Shown: piece after piece, positions 20,501 to 29,799 of the stretch
How positions within the stretch are numbered: the first letter of the stretch is position 1
How the letters are laid out: every line of letters starts with the position of its first letter
Virus record (IMG/VR): IMGVR_UViG_3300009370_001679
Span: 14,606-78,605 of that record
DNA length: 64,000 nt
Strand: one strand, 5' to 3'
DNA from: a virus
Lineage: Duplodnaviria; Caudoviricetes
Made by a program: the position numbers and the translations under genes
The notes under the pieces: generated by a model
Databases searched by the model: none
Told to the model about the DNA's origin: nothing
What the model saw: the letters and a program-made list of their open reading frames with translations, nothing else

Positions 20501-21337
20501 GCACCCACCGAGGGAAAAGATCCGCAAGGCAATCCAGACATTCTACCTTACGTTTGGGAGCCGACTAAGGGGGAAAATATAGATGAAGATGCCGATACGT
20601 CTGGTGGAGCAGATCATTTTTATAACCAGCACGTATCTCCTACTTCCAGAGATTTAGACCCATATGCTTTGAGTAGGGATGATCCAAATATGCCTGCGAG
20701 AATGAAAGAATTCGTTAAGCTTGATTTTGGGGCAGTTCTGATGGATGACTTTGATTGGCTAATTGGTAAGAGTCCCCTTACGGGCGAAACAAACAACATG
20801 CATCTATCTTTCAATGGTAATACTGTTCCCAGCGATGTTGACGAGGTGAGGACATTTGGTTTGCGTGGCCCACTACTACTGTCTGGATGGGGTTATGACG
20901 TTATGGGGCATCCTGTTCCCGGAAAGAAAGATGGTAATTTTGAACCAGTTAATCCCGCAGAAAATAGAGCGAGCTGGAAAACCGGCCCTGTTGATTTAAA
21001 ATGGGACGATGAGCGTCAGGTTTGGGCTGGTGGACTTCAGTTTGTAGAGGGGATTCTTGAAACCATAATTAATCCAGCAGAGGACCCCATTGATAAGCCA
21101 GACACTACGGGCACAATGAAAGTATATAGACGTACTAATAAGGGTGCGGAGATGGAATGGAGCGAGGAAGACGAGCATGGAGAGTATGGAATTATAACCC
21201 TTACAAACCGCGATGCTTCTTTGTCTGTTGATCCTGATGCTGCCGCATATAAGATATATGTAATGGCGGTGAGGATTAACCAAGAGTGGCGTGTGGTTTA
21301 TGTAAGTTGCGATAACTTTGAAGCGCCGGAGGAATAA
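17555..21337 (+). CDS. Putative tail hub/baseplate protein, 1260 aa
   Basis: Long ORF translationally adjacent to tail genes; beta-rich N-terminus. Function inferred from position only. Confidence 0.5.
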   Translation: MVQLTEPLKMFGVYVESFTSSVGYGAESSTMQMTLVEDPDDNITIKHSLDGGATFVDGFPEVGTVCQFAFEGFEFVGIFQRYNYSESTGGRKYDVTFESPSKILDGVQVILSGFEGTGFWDKPFYPSTDWNFTSQLNNVYNPFGIKENYTWGGTFGYSDYNSAGFPVVDDPNQTGLAAKGLLTMIEEISQSKYTYDNPNGAAIHTSVNSSGEELIGGPICYGDSKFVIDFGNLKTIVPDFFRLKGPTKSINAILQECCELIVHDYVTIIDPVYTQQQTGYSTGTTTGFAPGVPQGQYKKVIRNGVVPIQYDVDGNVTGPVISFKYLDKSEQPRPGVVADLVAAAKQNDTLISANNGQEYADVVTQKMIIGDQATRVWEAGMEYLIPAYGKDLNGNWLLGTGFGDQDFAPVALANGAVYQARIQEFRSAMSGFEQWQLYHELGGFYGYSNVGNPLYGSIAMGTSAAITGFLQNRMPGPALMAGFNGDWHRRVAMEGRGGIEGSGRSMQKEIFDAVLNTATNYWGKTYFVLLPVEPGGYDNNIRYKNAFETEAAWEITDAGWDPDFRVKDISMYNDEGALKACAGYYPSISSGRASAAKMKDFGNIEKTVPYTLPGSTTLVGSEIKVDKQIYWMNNPYHQNNNNPYDDVSAMVHIECPQVWEFDPNASEKAALDSTMNLGAFSAAFQGAPGFIGKVDVQGKQFTQEVEDDDGNKFTIPYNTSSYSTFENEMMAMRYAPRAVRPFKVSIPQKSNRYSWGPWYRFSTKIGKAEVEQNSQLKPETFGSRALLDKAGAALTYAGTADLYASESGSVDLAEFPQYNIADRFNTNGPYITKMDVSVGTGGITTKYQFSTWTRNFGKIAKYNIDRIAKINKDRIKAQKEGTVAQFSTNQKSSANALQQHANVLNPIDTNFMSGLQVPALPAGGANSNSLGSTVMSMSTKNAASLHWSSGRGVSFHGKNAPSYNFSFGCTPEQLFSPVGIRKAPTEGKDPQGNPDILPYVWEPTKGENIDEDADTSGGADHFYNQHVSPTSRDLDPYALSRDDPNMPARMKEFVKLDFGAVLMDDFDWLIGKSPLTGETNNMHLSFNGNTVPSDVDEVRTFGLRGPLLLSGWGYDVMGHPVPGKKDGNFEPVNPAENRASWKTGPVDLKWDDERQVWAGGLQFVEGILETIINPAEDPIDKPDTTGTMKVYRRTNKGAEMEWSEEDEHGEYGIITLTNRDASLSVDPDAAAYKIYVMAVRINQEWRVVYVSCDNFEAPEE

Positions 21338-21340
21338 ATC

Positions 21341-23437
21341 ATGGGAAGACCAGCATGTAGCTCCTGCTGTAAGGTTCAACCGTTTGTACCCACGAAGAAA
21401 AAGGGGTGCCGCAAGGAGGATTTTAAGGTCTATTATAAATATGGGGCGGGCGGATGGAAGACATCTAATGAATATGCCGCCTATTTAGCGAGAGGAGGTA
21501 AGAATTCTGGCTTTAAGAGCTTGCAAGAAATAAAGTATGTCTCTAGTAAATCTGATTATGGTGAGTATGCGTCGGAGCTAAACTGCTGGAACTTTCCTAA
21601 GGCTTTCTTTGAGGAAGGCAAGACTATAGATGAGATTGATGAAGAGTTTCAAGCTGGAAACCCAAATTACGGTGTTCATATTCCGAAATTTTGGGTTATT
21701 ACACTTGGTGATGATGATGAAAAAAAGATAGTGGTGACTAAACAGCTTTCTGGTAAAAAGAACTATGCATATTTTAGCGTAAGCGGCCTAGACAAGCAAT
21801 ATTTTCCTAGTGGACATAATTGGTATAGCTGGGAAGACTGGCCTAAATACTTTCCTAGAGATTATTGGACTCAACCGGAGCCTAGCGATTTCTCATATGA
21901 AGCCACGACTTACGTGGCGGTTTGGACTACTGATATACACTATAGGGGCAAACAAATATTCTACGGTTCTAAATGCATACCTTATAAAAAAGAATATCGG
22001 CTCTACAACTTCGGTAGCCCTACCACCGCAGAGGTCTACACTCAGAATATACTAAGGTTTCTTGGCTCGCCCATCTACGAGCTTGATCCCTATGCTAATT
22101 TTAACTATTGCCTTACATTTCCGTTTTTTGCGTTCGATAGCAGTACCAACAGTACTGTACGATTAAACGGCAATACGCATTATTTTCATGCTGGCGAGGA
22201 TTGTAATGTTGTTGGACCTCCAGATGGAACAATAGAGGATAACGATATAGAGTTTTATCATGCAGATAAAGAACTATTCACCAAAATAAGTGTAGAGTCT
22301 AAAGACTTCATAGTGTTTAACCCATACTCTGAAGGGGAGGAGCTCGGGAGAGAGGTAACAGATGACGAGCTTGCGGAATACAAAGGAGACACGCTAAAAG
22401 AGCAGGAAGAACTTGTTGACACCCCATTCTTTCAATATGTCGATAATAAAATACGTCTTGAGTCAGACCTACCTCAATATATAATAGCAGAGGATGAGCC
22501 TCTGGAGGGGATGGTGGAATTCCCAGAGGGTTGGCCCAGAATTGATGGAGAGCCCGGTAAATCAGTTGAAACATTTAAAGAGTATATGGAGAAGGGTAGA
22601 GAGGAAGTTATTTTTGTGTCGTTTAGGACGAAGAGAGGTGCTGATGCATCTGGGATAGATATTGAAGAAGGTATGGAGGTCTATCATCCTGTGGGGTCTG
22701 ACGACAAATATACTATTACCGACATAATAGAGTGGGGGCCAGACACTAAGCCCACCAAGGTCAAGCTTAGCAACGGCAGCGTAGTTAATGTGTCAGAGAT
22801 TGAGTTGCTACAAGACGCGCTTTATTACGCCATGAATGAGCGTACATATTATTTACAGTTGATATATCTGAAATCTTTAGGCGGAGATTTTTATAATCCA
22901 TTCAAATATAGGGTTACGCAGATTGACTTTACCAACCCAGATATTGACATAGACTGTGTAGAAGATGAAGTTGCAGGGCAGCCAAAAATGGGCGGAGACG
23001 AAAACCCGACCTATATAACGATAACGCAGGACTATTCGTGGGGCAAGGTAGACAAAGATAAAAAGGAAAAAGGCTCATATTTGAGGCTATCTGAAGGAAA
23101 CCCTATAACTCTAGATCTTGACGATCCGGTTCCAATGAGCCTAAAGGATGATATTGTCCTTACCAGTTCGGCCGAGTTTAGGTATAACCCAAAGAGCAGT
23201 GACAACAATATTTTTGCTAGTTTTGATAAGCTATATCCAGCAGAAGACTCTTGGACTATAAATTTTCCTGAAACAACTGGTGAGACGCAAGATTTTTTAT
23301 TCAATATAGATGACGGCAGCGAGGTAGTATGGTTCACCAACAAACAGCTACCTAAAAGCGGGTATTTCTTTGGCAATTTTGTCAATTTAACATTTTACTT
23401 ACAGGAAATAGACGAATGGAAAAACGAGCAGATATAG
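21341..23437 (+). CDS. Hypothetical virion-associated protein, 698 aa (N-terminal CSSCC)
   Basis: Long ORF with RBS (GGAGG); acidic and aromatic-rich. Confidence 0.6.
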   Translation: MGRPACSSCCKVQPFVPTKKKGCRKEDFKVYYKYGAGGWKTSNEYAAYLARGGKNSGFKSLQEIKYVSSKSDYGEYASELNCWNFPKAFFEEGKTIDEIDEEFQAGNPNYGVHIPKFWVITLGDDDEKKIVVTKQLSGKKNYAYFSVSGLDKQYFPSGHNWYSWEDWPKYFPRDYWTQPEPSDFSYEATTYVAVWTTDIHYRGKQIFYGSKCIPYKKEYRLYNFGSPTTAEVYTQNILRFLGSPIYELDPYANFNYCLTFPFFAFDSSTNSTVRLNGNTHYFHAGEDCNVVGPPDGTIEDNDIEFYHADKELFTKISVESKDFIVFNPYSEGEELGREVTDDELAEYKGDTLKEQEELVDTPFFQYVDNKIRLESDLPQYIIAEDEPLEGMVEFPEGWPRIDGEPGKSVETFKEYMEKGREEVIFVSFRTKRGADASGIDIEEGMEVYHPVGSDDKYTITDIIEWGPDTKPTKVKLSNGSVVNVSEIELLQDALYYAMNERTYYLQLIYLKSLGGDFYNPFKYRVTQIDFTNPDIDIDCVEDEVAGQPKMGGDENPTYITITQDYSWGKVDKDKKEKGSYLRLSEGNPITLDLDDPVPMSLKDDIVLTSSAEFRYNPKSSDNNIFASFDKLYPAEDSWTINFPETTGETQDFLFNIDDGSEVVWFTNKQLPKSGYFFGNFVNLTFYLQEIDEWKNEQI

Positions 23438-25161
23438 GCATTAGGGGGCAAGATTTTTTTGGTCATTGCCCACAGTGTGGTACCTCATGTGAAGATGAAA
23501 TAATTAGTCTTGCAAACAAGTTTTGTGAAGGCTTTGTTGCCGAAGCAGGCGATGAAAGTAACAACATCTGGTATGAGATCGTAGAAGAACCCGTGGGTTG
23601 TAACCGAGATAACGGAGACTATTGGGCGTGGACGTACTTTGGCCACATATGTGCTGACCCGTTTCATAATGATCCGTGTGAGAATAGACCGAATACTTAT
23701 GGTAGTCTATTCGAGGGCTGGACGACTTATGACCCTCGGGGAGTTTGGACTCCAATGATTCTTGGGGGAGGGCTAGATGAGGGAGATGGATACACAGGTC
23801 TCGGCAAAGGCCAATTTCAGTCCAATCAGCGATGGAAATTAACAAATAACTGTAATTATGACTCCTATACAGGCTGCGGCAAGCCTGTCAGCACCACAAT
23901 ACCGGGACAATATGGTTCACCCACGTTTGCTGGCAGTATAACGGTAGAAGAATATCACAATGGAAAAAGACAGGTAGAGCTAGGTACATGCTACCCTCTA
24001 GACCCGAGGTGTTCCGAAACAGTATTAGACGCGGATGGAAATCCTGTTACTAGAGGCGGCACAACAATACTAGGAAAAGTATATGACGTATTTAACATAC
24101 AAAATCAATTTGATATCTTTCCCGTCTGTGGTGAGATGGAGGTGCAGGACAGTGGCGATTATTATTATGAGTTTGAGCGCGCCGGAACATTCCAATCCCT
24201 TGATTCGACTAACGAGCTCTTCTTTCTGCTTCTGAAGTCGGTTTGTTCAGACACATCTATTTCTGAACGGTCTCAACACCCCCATATAGTTGGAACCAAT
24301 AGCCGGAGCAGCGGTAACTTTTGGATCAATCGTGGCGAAAATAGAAGTAGGCAGTTTGATAACCATGAAGAAGTTAAGAAAATCGGGCTCCGCAGGGAAA
24401 TCTCTGTAGCAAAGCTTGGCAGCATAACGGAAGTCTATACTTGTGAGGAGTGTGAATATAATAATGACTGGCCCCATGAAGAAACTCAAGAATGCGTTAA
24501 TATAATAACTAAGTATAGAGTGTCTCCAGTCTCTGGGTCGTTATTGTACGGCGCCACGTATGACACACTTGAGGAGGCTTTTGATGATCTGAAATCGGAA
24601 GGAGGCATCCCCTTTTTTGGGTCGTCCAGCTACTTGTCGGGGATGGGTAAAGCTGCTTATAAATATTTAGGTCGAGAGGTAGGTTCCGGATTATTATGTG
24701 ACTCTCAGGTTCTGGCATATGGGAAAACAACGGTTACGCCGTTAAGTCTTCCATCCGACCCACAGCCCGCCGAACCATCCAGTAGCTGGAACAGGTATTT
24801 ATATAGCAATCCGGGCCTACCAGAAGACCTTGAGTCTACATTAGGTCGAGAGGTCCGTATTTCATACGGAATCGGTGCCGTCCTACAGGGTCTAAATGGA
24901 GCCATCAACCTAAACGGTTTCAATGTGTCTACAAATGACGACGCTTTTGATCTTAGTTCTACAGAAAAGTATTATCCTGTTAGTGGCTATTCTCTAATAG
25001 GGGTAGAATTTTATCAAGCGCACCTTTCTTATAACAGCGATGGTGCGGCTATAAATAAAGAGTGGCCTCTTGAGTTTACACGAATATACCAAAAACAGCT
25101 TGACTTCAACGGCAAAACAATAGACATTCCACCAATGACAACCACTATAACTTTAAAATAA
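23416..25161 (+). CDS. Cys-rich hypothetical virion-associated protein, 581 aa
   Basis: Long ORF with AGGA RBS; many dispersed Cys (CPQCGTSC, CEEC). Confidence 0.6.
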   Translation: MEKRADIGIRGQDFFGHCPQCGTSCEDEIISLANKFCEGFVAEAGDESNNIWYEIVEEPVGCNRDNGDYWAWTYFGHICADPFHNDPCENRPNTYGSLFEGWTTYDPRGVWTPMILGGGLDEGDGYTGLGKGQFQSNQRWKLTNNCNYDSYTGCGKPVSTTIPGQYGSPTFAGSITVEEYHNGKRQVELGTCYPLDPRCSETVLDADGNPVTRGGTTILGKVYDVFNIQNQFDIFPVCGEMEVQDSGDYYYEFERAGTFQSLDSTNELFFLLLKSVCSDTSISERSQHPHIVGTNSRSSGNFWINRGENRSRQFDNHEEVKKIGLRREISVAKLGSITEVYTCEECEYNNDWPHEETQECVNIITKYRVSPVSGSLLYGATYDTLEEAFDDLKSEGGIPFFGSSSYLSGMGKAAYKYLGREVGSGLLCDSQVLAYGKTTVTPLSLPSDPQPAEPSSSWNRYLYSNPGLPEDLESTLGREVRISYGIGAVLQGLNGAINLNGFNVSTNDDAFDLSSTEKYYPVSGYSLIGVEFYQAHLSYNSDGAAINKEWPLEFTRIYQKQLDFNGKTIDIPPMTTTITLK

Positions 25162-25171
25162 GGAATTGAAC

Positions 25172-25573
25172 ATGCGAACATGCAAAGAGTGCTCAGCGAG
25201 ATTAGTGTGTCATGGTAGCTGTATATGTGCGACCTGTGGGATTCTAAATATGTCTGAGCCACCAATAGAAACGGAACCACCGACAGAACCCGCAGAGGAG
25301 CAAAAAATGCCTTCTGTATTTAAGCAGGCGAAAAACTTTGCTACGTCGGCGGCAAAGCATGTGATGAATAGAGGGCAAAACGTACCTGAGAACTTAAAAA
25401 ACGCCCGATTAGAGATATGTAGTGGTTGCGATAAGCTCTCTGGAGATAGATGCTCTGAGTGTGGATGTGTGGTATCAATAAAGGCTGCGTGGGCCTCAGA
25501 AGAGTGTCCAATAGGGAAATGGGAGCGATACGAGCAAACTAGAGGAAAGTGTGGAGGATGTGGAGGAAAATAA
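25172..25573 (+). CDS. Small Cys-rich metal-binding protein (RLEICxxC...CSECGC...CPIGKW)
   Basis: C-terminal RxxICxxC...CxxCGC...CPxGKW pattern is recurrent in phage tail regions; extra N-terminal CxxC clusters. Confidence 0.65.
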   Translation: MRTCKECSARLVCHGSCICATCGILNMSEPPIETEPPTEPAEEQKMPSVFKQAKNFATSAAKHVMNRGQNVPENLKNARLEICSGCDKLSGDRCSECGCVVSIKAAWASEECPIGKWERYEQTRGKCGGCGGK

Positions 25574-25599
25574 CTTAAAATTTAACTTAAAACTAGGCA

Positions 25600-25653
25600 T
25601 TTTGTGTATTACATTATATAGGTGCCCTTAGATGCAAAAAAGGAGATATTATA
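25600..25653 (+). promoter_or_regulatory. Possible promoter plus strong RBS for the 312-aa gene
   Basis: 80-bp AT-rich intergenic gap containing TTGTGTATTACATTATATAG and AAGGAG 8 nt before ATG. Confidence 0.35.
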
Positions 25654-26592
25654 ATGGCAGAAATCACATTTGGTATAGGAACACAGCAAAATATTGTTGG
25701 TTCTGGTTTAGGATTTTACGGTGCCACGTTTGGCTCATCGGTCCAAATCGGATCGTTCCAAGACTCAACATACGTAACTAATGCCGCTGGAACAGCACAA
25801 GGCCCAGCAGCTACGAACATAAAATTTAGTACACCGGGCTCTGGTGAGCCTAGTACAGTAGGGTCAGGTATTCCCCTGACTAAGATGAATTCTGGAAACA
25901 GAACTTTCCATGTTAACTTTGACCACAGCTCTGATGTCAATGTGCAAAACTGTCAGCTAAGAATATATGATAGAACAGACACTAACTTCCCAGCCTCTGG
26001 TGTTGTAACCAAAGTAGCAGAAATTGTTAACTTTGATGGTAAAACAACGGCAGCTTGGACGTCAAGCAACGGCTCTGATAATGTTGCTTATAATAGTAAT
26101 TGCTATGGTTCTGGAGACATGTTTTGGTGGGGAGCTCCTTGGCCAGATGCAGGTACATGGCGAGCTGCACAAAACTATTACGATAACTCTTCTGGCGTTA
26201 GATTCCGGAACTTTACCCAGACTGAAGCAACAGCTGGTAATGGTAATGGCGACGAAAGACTTGGTGTAGTAACTGGTGACACTGAAACTGTCGGAGGTAC
26301 TGGAGTAGTGGTTCCACTCTTCAATTCTCCCGGTAGTGGTGGGCACTTTGTTAACTCTATTAATACAGATGTTTCCGCCGTACAGCCCAAATGGTTGCAA
26401 TACTACGACAGTACGAACAGAGATACCGCAGCTGGCGGAACACCAAATCTCGGAACAAAAACCACGACCAATACTTTTGGCGGAACTGGCTTAGCAAAAA
26501 GACATACTTGGTATGCTGCTCTTTCTGCATCTCCTCTTAGTATCGGTTCTAAGACGCAATATGGACTGTATGTATCTCTAGAGTACCTATAA
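25654..26592 (+). CDS. Putative structural protein, 312 aa (Gly/Thr/Ser/Asn-rich)
   Basis: Strong RBS, virion-like composition, last gene of the + strand block. Confidence 0.6.
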   Translation: MAEITFGIGTQQNIVGSGLGFYGATFGSSVQIGSFQDSTYVTNAAGTAQGPAATNIKFSTPGSGEPSTVGSGIPLTKMNSGNRTFHVNFDHSSDVNVQNCQLRIYDRTDTNFPASGVVTKVAEIVNFDGKTTAAWTSSNGSDNVAYNSNCYGSGDMFWWGAPWPDAGTWRAAQNYYDNSSGVRFRNFTQTEATAGNGNGDERLGVVTGDTETVGGTGVVVPLFNSPGSGGHFVNSINTDVSAVQPKWLQYYDSTNRDTAAGGTPNLGTKTTTNTFGGTGLAKRHTWYAALSASPLSIGSKTQYGLYVSLEYL

Positions 26593-26616
26593 AGCTTGAG
26601 CCTTTTGGTCCATTAT

Positions 26617-26648
26617 AAAGCCCTTCACTCGCGTGTGGGGCTTTTTTT
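26617..26648 (+). terminator. Intrinsic terminator for the structural arm
   Basis: AAAGCCCTTCAC-TCGC-GTGTGGGGCTTT hairpin followed by a T run. Confidence 0.75.
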
Positions 26649-26654
26649 ATGCAC

Positions 26655-26690
26655 AAAAAAACCCCGCCCAAGAATTAACTTGAGCGAGGT
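26655..26690 (-). terminator. Intrinsic terminator for the minus-strand arm
   Basis: On the - strand: ACCTCGCTCAAG-TTAATT-CTTGGGCGGGGT (12-bp stem, two G-U pairs) followed by a T run. Confidence 0.8.
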
Positions 26691-26711
26691 AGCCCTAACC
26701 GGAGCTTCCCT

Positions 26712-27041
26712 TTATTCAAGGGATTTGGTCTTAGGATTCCACTTCTGCCAACCGCCATTATCGATCCAGTTGCCATCAGCATCTTTTCTTCGGGGGAATA
26801 AACCACCGCCCTGCTTGTTTGCACCAAACTGAAGTTTAGCATTACAGTCCATACATCGCAGCTCGTAGTACTCGTTACCTTCATTTTCTCTTACGACAAA
26901 ACGTAGGTTTTCAGAACCACACTTCCCACAGGCAGATTCGCCGAATACTTCCTGAAAGACAGCAATCTGTTTCCAGACGTCTCGTACTGTCTCACCATCA
27001 AATTCTACGCTCAGCTTGCTTAAATTATAGTTTACCTTCAT
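26712..27041 (-). CDS. Zinc-ribbon hypothetical protein
   Basis: CGKC...CMDC motif; start taken at MKVNY. Confidence 0.7.
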   Translation of the reverse strand: MKVNYNLSKLSVEFDGETVRDVWKQIAVFQEVFGESACGKCGSENLRFVVRENEGNEYYELRCMDCNAKLQFGANKQGGGLFPRRKDADGNWIDNGGWQKWNPKTKSLE

Positions 27042-27043
27042 CT

Positions 27044-27817
27044 TTATGATCTCCAATTCTTGTTATAGCCCAGTATGTTTTCAGGTATAACTTGCTGTTT
27101 AGTTTGATACTTGTTAAGGACTCCGAGCATTGCGGCAGCTTTGGTTTTCTCCACTATCTCAATTGACTCATAATCGCCCTCTCCAGAATTTACAAACTTC
27201 ATGACATTGATATCTAGTTGTCTACACTTGTTATCAATAAAATTAATTTGTGAAGAGCTTACAATAGCGCCTTCATCCCATTCCCCATCGGTGGGGTTAT
27301 CCTTTTGTACACTTTGTTGAACAATAGATACAATATCTTTTCTTGCCAATTCCTCAGCAGCTAAACATCGCACCTTTAATGCTTTTCTAAGTGCCCTTCC
27401 TTCTGCTCGCGTACTCGCTGTGGCAACAGGGTGTGCACAGAATAAATCATCTGTGTTCCCATGCCATACGTCTGCAACTTCCTTAAAAACCCTTAGCTCT
27501 CCAGAGTTCATCCAGTTGAAAACAACCTTATAAACTACCGTAGCTCTTCCGGGCCCATTTCCGTCCATAGCTGGAAAAACCTGATCGGGGCCAGACTCAA
27601 TTACGTCACCAAGCAATAGCTCAGATACACGTCTTAGTCCAGCACAAATAGGGTTTTTGTCTATCAGCTCATTCCTTTGAAAATGTGACATCACATAATC
27701 GCTCCAACCTTCACTACCGTAAGCTACTGCGTCTGAATCCGTTTCCTCTTCTGGAATCAAAACATCTTCGGTAATACTATCAACATCAAATAATTCTGTT
27801 TCAACTTGCTCTGGCAT
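27044..27817 (-). CDS. Putative ssDNA-annealing protein (Rad52/Sak-like)
   Basis: HPVATASTRAEGRALRKAL resembles the A-x-T-x-A-x-x-R-A helix of Rad52-like annealases; C-terminal SSSQINFI helical domain. Confidence 0.5.
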   Translation of the reverse strand: MPEQVETELFDVDSITEDVLIPEEETDSDAVAYGSEGWSDYVMSHFQRNELIDKNPICAGLRRVSELLLGDVIESGPDQVFPAMDGNGPGRATVVYKVVFNWMNSGELRVFKEVADVWHGNTDDLFCAHPVATASTRAEGRALRKALKVRCLAAEELARKDIVSIVQQSVQKDNPTDGEWDEGAIVSSSQINFIDNKCRQLDINVMKFVNSGEGDYESIEIVEKTKAAAMLGVLNKYQTKQQVIPENILGYNKNWRS

Positions 27818-27818
27818 A

Positions 27819-28589
27819 TCAACAAATCTCCAATTCAATAAGTCTTTTGTTCTTAGATGGGAATTTTTTCTCTACTTGCTGAAGAACAGGTTCAACAAGT
27901 TCCCACAACCTTCTACCAACCGAACGGGTGAACGTAGGGCATAGGTACTTTACTCTAATTACACAATAGCCTCTTTTGACAAGAACGCCATTCTTAATTA
28001 TATCGTGTTTTACATAACCCCGTAACATCTTTTCTCCAAAAACTGGCTCAAAGTGTTGGGGCCCATCTACCTCTATTATAGTCGAAAGCTCGGGCAAAAA
28101 CAAGTCCATTTCATATTTTGTACCTTCTATTAGGTCTTTTTTATGAAGGATAACTTCCCTGCCTGATGCGTGAATTTTTTCATAAAGGAGTCTTTCGGGC
28201 TTTGAACCTTCCTTGATTGTTAGCAATAAAGCTTTAGCCGCCTTACTGCGTAACTCCTCCTTGTCGTGATCAGACATGTTTTCCCATTGCTCTTTAGCAA
28301 GGGCAGATCTGCGTTTACGTTCTTTTTTTGGCAAGTCCGCCCACGCCTTTTCCAGACTGATACTAATTTTATCTTTAACCTTTTCGGTTCTAGTCTTTCC
28401 CTTTGTTGGGTGGGAATGTCTACCAGACTTTAAAGCCTCTTTTTGAGCCTCGCTTTTGCTGCGTAACTCAACACCATTAGATATTAACACTCTGCGTATT
28501 TTATTGGGATACGTGTCAAAGTTATCTGCAATGGCTTTCGTGCTTAGGTTATTTTTTGTATACATTTCTATTACTGTTTTTACGTCCAT
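27819..28589 (-). CDS. Free-standing homing endonuclease-like protein (HTH, NUMOD3-like repeats, Vsr/DUF559-type nuclease)
   Basis: HPTKGKTRTEKVKDKIS NUMOD3-like motif; DLFLPELSTIIEVDGPQH catalytic motif. Confidence 0.7.
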   Translation of the reverse strand: MDVKTVIEMYTKNNLSTKAIADNFDTYPNKIRRVLISNGVELRSKSEAQKEALKSGRHSHPTKGKTRTEKVKDKISISLEKAWADLPKKERKRRSALAKEQWENMSDHDKEELRSKAAKALLLTIKEGSKPERLLYEKIHASGREVILHKKDLIEGTKYEMDLFLPELSTIIEVDGPQHFEPVFGEKMLRGYVKHDIIKNGVLVKRGYCVIRVKYLCPTFTRSVGRRLWELVEPVLQQVEKKFPSKNKRLIELEIC

Positions 28590-29041
28590 AGTATTTTCTC
28601 CATTTTCTCCATGTCCCAGTCATCAACGACACCTGCGACTTTTTTGTTAGAGTAGTTTTCAAACAGCTCCTTGTGGGAGTAGCTTCTAGTTATTATATTA
28701 AGTTCCGGGTTTCTTACAACAGATGAAACATAGTTAAAGTCCATCGGCTTCCTTAACCATTCTAAGTCCCATAGATATAGGAATTTCTTGGCATTGTTCT
28801 TTGTCTTTATCATCATGTTCGCACAATCAACACTTGTCGCAATCGCGACCCCATCAAATTTAGCATAATAAGAAATATTCATACATGCGAAAAATGGTGT
28901 TATTGGAGCCGCACTTAATGTGCTATAAAAACACATAGGTGAACAGTCCGTATTCTCCTTCATTTTATTAAAAGCCTTTATAAGGTAATAAGACTCTTGT
29001 GAGGTTGACAGTGTTTCAATTATCGCCGCTATCTTTTTCAT
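28580..29041 (-). CDS. Glycosyltransferase-like (partial GT-B-type) protein
   Basis: FLYLWDLEW motif; last gene of the glycan cluster. Confidence 0.45.
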   Translation of the reverse strand: MKKIAAIIETLSTSQESYYLIKAFNKMKENTDCSPMCFYSTLSAAPITPFFACMNISYYAKFDGVAIATSVDCANMMIKTKNNAKKFLYLWDLEWLRKPMDFNYVSSVVRNPELNIITRSYSHKELFENYSNKKVAGVVDDWDMEKMEKILWT

Positions 29042-29799
29042 GCTAGTATTTTGTTCTTCCAGTAAGAGAATGACAATTTATTAAGTTTATATTCTTTGGT
29101 TTGCATATCCTTGTATTCTTTTTTAAGTCTATCCTCTGTGACCTCATTCCAGTCCTCGATAAACAACACGGGCAAACCTTCTAGGCACTCATGAGTTATG
29201 TATTTTTTAACAATAGGAATACACCCAAGATACAGAGCCTCCCATATTCTGTGTGTATCTATCCCGTTTCCTCTTGGGCACAGGCAAAAAGCATACTCTC
29301 GCAAGTGATTGACATATCTTTCAAAATTTTGTCCGTTTATAGATAGCCCATAGTCTGCAAAAACTGTCCCTAAATGCAATTTGTGCAATAAATCGTGCCT
29401 CTCTTCATGTGTCGATGGGTTAAACTGGGTAAAAGCCCGCACCTTTCTATTGCCTAAAAGTGGGGCGTTTTTCATTATATTTCTTTTTTGAGGGTGCCAG
29501 TGGTTATTCTCTAATCCAATGGGCAGAGGGTGGACTCTAGGGTGCTTAAAACCGAGGTTTTGAGCATACCAAACAACTAAATTATCGGGCACTTTACACT
29601 CTTTTATCTCTACATCACTATTATGTGTCAATAGCTTAAACTGATTGTCTGGATGCTTGAGAATAAAATCCAATACCTCTTCATGATTATCAGAGGCTGT
29701 GTACATTAAAGACACGCTTTTTTTGGGAATTTTTTCACCAAATTTAAAATCACATGTATTTTTAAACTTTTCTCCATCTACCTCATCTACAGGGTACAT
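29038..29799 (-). CDS. Exostosin-like (GT47-like) glycosyltransferase
   Basis: FCLCPRGNGIDTHRIWEALYLGCIPIV signature. Confidence 0.75.
   Translation of the reverse strand: MYPVDEVDGEKFKNTCDFKFGEKIPKKSVSLMYTASDNHEEVLDFILKHPDNQFKLLTHNSDVEIKECKVPDNLVVWYAQNLGFKHPRVHPLPIGLENNHWHPQKRNIMKNAPLLGNRKVRAFTQFNPSTHEERHDLLHKLHLGTVFADYGLSINGQNFERYVNHLREYAFCLCPRGNGIDTHRIWEALYLGCIPIVKKYITHECLEGLPVLFIEDWNEVTEDRLKKEYKDMQTKEYKLNKLSFSYWKNKILA

Noticed and set aside
23410-23437. Programmed -1 frameshift fusing the 698-aa and 581-aa ORFs at TGGAAAAAC
   Set aside because: Not a canonical slippery heptamer, and the downstream ORF has its own AGGA RBS and ATG.
24667-24854. 14-bp direct repeat TTAGGTCGAGAGGT (24667 and 24841)
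   Set aside because: Only two copies, both encoding LGREV in frame; no sign of att-site or mobile-element context.
1101-25280. Numerous 60-170 aa antisense or alternate-frame ORFs inside the structural genes
   Set aside because: Fully nested in long coding genes, with no motifs or RBS; expected shadow ORFs.
26596-26884. ORFs spanning the terminator region
   Set aside because: They overlap both hairpins and the zinc-ribbon gene, and have non-ATG starts.
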